From positions 91,947,401-92,010,361 of the forward strand of contig NC_068987.1 of NCBI RefSeq assembly GCF_001194135.2: 62,961 nt of DNA. Direction: 5' to 3'. The notes beneath the pieces are model-generated. The model did no database searches and was not told the origin of the DNA. It worked only from the letters and a program-made list of their open reading frames with translations. Positions 61,040-62,961 of this stretch are shown here, in pieces (the stretch's first letter is position 1; every line of letters begins with the position of its first letter). The translations under genes and the position numbers were made by a program. Source of the stretch: Octopus bimaculoides (Eukaryota).

Positions 61040-61320
61040 TTAATGAGCCTGGGCCATCTACGACTTTTCTTCACCCTTCTCTACTCTGTCTGTTTCTGTC
61101 CCAGGCCGTGTTGGTTTTGAATTGCTATCGATTCATCTGTCTCGTAGCTTTCCTTGTTGATCCTACACAAAAACATTTTTACTTCAGGGTTGTGGTCCTT
61201 ATTAAACTGACCTGTAGCTTTTGACTTGTCGAGCATGGGAAGCCCTACCAGGACCTTGTACTTCGCTGACACTGTGGCATATAAGGCACCACACTGCAAC
61301 AAAGACCATGTTGTGGGTTA
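61040..61320 (-). mobile_element. Possible R4-clade ORF N-terminal relic
   Basis: LQCGALYATVSAKYKVL..P.VKMFLCRI loosely resembles the INCALYA..V....P.W..L..RI region upstream of R4-clade RT. Confidence 0.25.
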
Positions 61321-61662
61321 CACATGTAGTTTGCCCCAAATTTTATTAGCTTTCACAACTAAAATAAGTCCAAGTGACTGGATATAAAGCTTATTTCCCT
61401 CACGGCCGGTTGGGGAAATAAACACCAAAATAGAATGCTTAACTTAAGCATGATTCGAGCTTATGCGTTTACATTAGTGATTGATTCAGATAATGAGAGA
61501 AAAGTTGCTTTCTGTAAAATTCTAAAGATTAATTGGATTCAAACATTTTGTCTTCTGCCCCTAAACAGAGTAAACTATTCATATATATGAAAAAAATAAA
61601 AAACACCAGCAGGAAAAATGGTAAGAGAAGTACTCCATTATAAACACAGACGCATACAATAT

Positions 61663-61700
<38 letters not shown>

Positions 61701-62925
61701 TAAGTAATGAATGTAAGAATGTGTGGGTAAAAGATACAGAAAGCTTCTATACATCTTACTGGACACCTTGTTTGCATTTGGATGAATCTATGTGTCATTG
61801 TGTTTCTGCGTGTGTGAATACACGTGTGTGCGTGCGTGCATATGTGTGTGTGTGTATGTATGTGTGTGTGTGTGTGTATGTGTGTGTGTATGTGTGTGTG
61901 TGTGTGTTTGTGGACATGCGTTGTGAGTGATTTATATCAAGCTATCGGAAATTAAACTATAGAGTTAGGTTGATGTTTGCGCAGCGCAATGTTTTTCTGT
62001 AGAAGTATGATGGAATGACAAGAAACTGGTCAAGTGCTTATAGTTTCCTGGTGTATATGACTTCATATCTTTGATAAGATACTGCAAGTGTATTACTGTC
62101 TCAGAAAATAGATGACAAATACAAAGATAGATGTTAATGTGTGGATTATAAATAATTGAAAAACATAACCACAAAAATGGTTGTATTTCGAAATTCTCTT
62201 CCTATTACACTCGATGTCTGGACGTTAGAATCATGTCTTAACATTATTCATTGTATATATCTTAATTTTTACATTTGTAGAAAAAAACATTTTACATATT
62301 AAATTCAAGTAGATATATGCAAATTATGGAATATATTCTAATATAGGTTTAATGTATTACATTCTACAAAAAAATTAATTGTAATATTTCTAAATTTATT
62401 TACAGTGTCACTGGAATTTAAATTCATGTTTTTAGAAAATATCTTAACTATTTTCCTTTGTAAATTTATTAATTCTATAAGAATATATGGAAATGTCACT
62501 TGAAGAATTATAAAAAAAAAAAATTCCAAGGATGTTTTGTTGTCACGTGCTTAATATATTTGCTTCCTGTCAATGTCTTCGTTGCTGGATCAGGCAACGG
62601 GGCGCCATATGCTATCAAACATGTGTTAGTGAAATATGATTCGTGAAACATGTAAGCTAACATTCTGAAAATGCATGTATATATATATAAATATATATAT
62701 AAAGAATAGAAGGTGGTTAGCATTTGAATAAAAACTACTTAATTAGCGCTTTCACCCCTTTTAGAGATTCGTAATGGATCCCTAAGAGGGACAATAGCGT
62801 TTTCATCCAAACCTGGACTAATTTCTTTTTCTGACTATATAAAATATGTACAACACTTCAAACAATCTATGCGTATATACATACATGCATACATACATAT
62901 ATATGGCTTTGTATATATGTATAAC

Positions 62926-62961
<36 letters not shown>

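Overview
AT-rich, microsatellite-saturated eukaryotic draft-assembly window with about 19 N gaps, nearly all bordered by (TA)n or (CA)n. The SINE/LINE repertoire looks like that of an octopod cephalopod (inference from repeat families). No intact protein-coding gene can be supported; almost all ORF-track entries are microsatellite or gap artefacts. The window is a mobile-element graveyard: at least 4 tRNA-derived SINE families, a full-length but dead DD34D mariner (42110-43367), several R4-clade (RLE) non-LTR retrotransposon pieces, CR1/L2-group and RTE LINE relics, and a Helitron-like end. The main signal missing from the ORF track is a set of about 10 type I hammerhead-ribozyme (HHR) motifs in at least 7 unrelated short non-coding repeats. 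Three have intact catalytic cores (8793-8841 -, 23240-23297 -, 34679-34746 +). One has a compensatory G3-C8 core swap (17851-17903 -). One is carried inside a tRNA-headed SINE (44225-44620). This points to a diverse population of ribozyme-bearing, Penelope/retrozyme-like non-autonomous elements. Other highlights are an R4-clade element apparently targeting (ATAC)n microsatellites, a LINE-SINE shared 3' tail, and several local inverted duplications and hairpins. All coordinates were read by eye and element boundaries are approximate.
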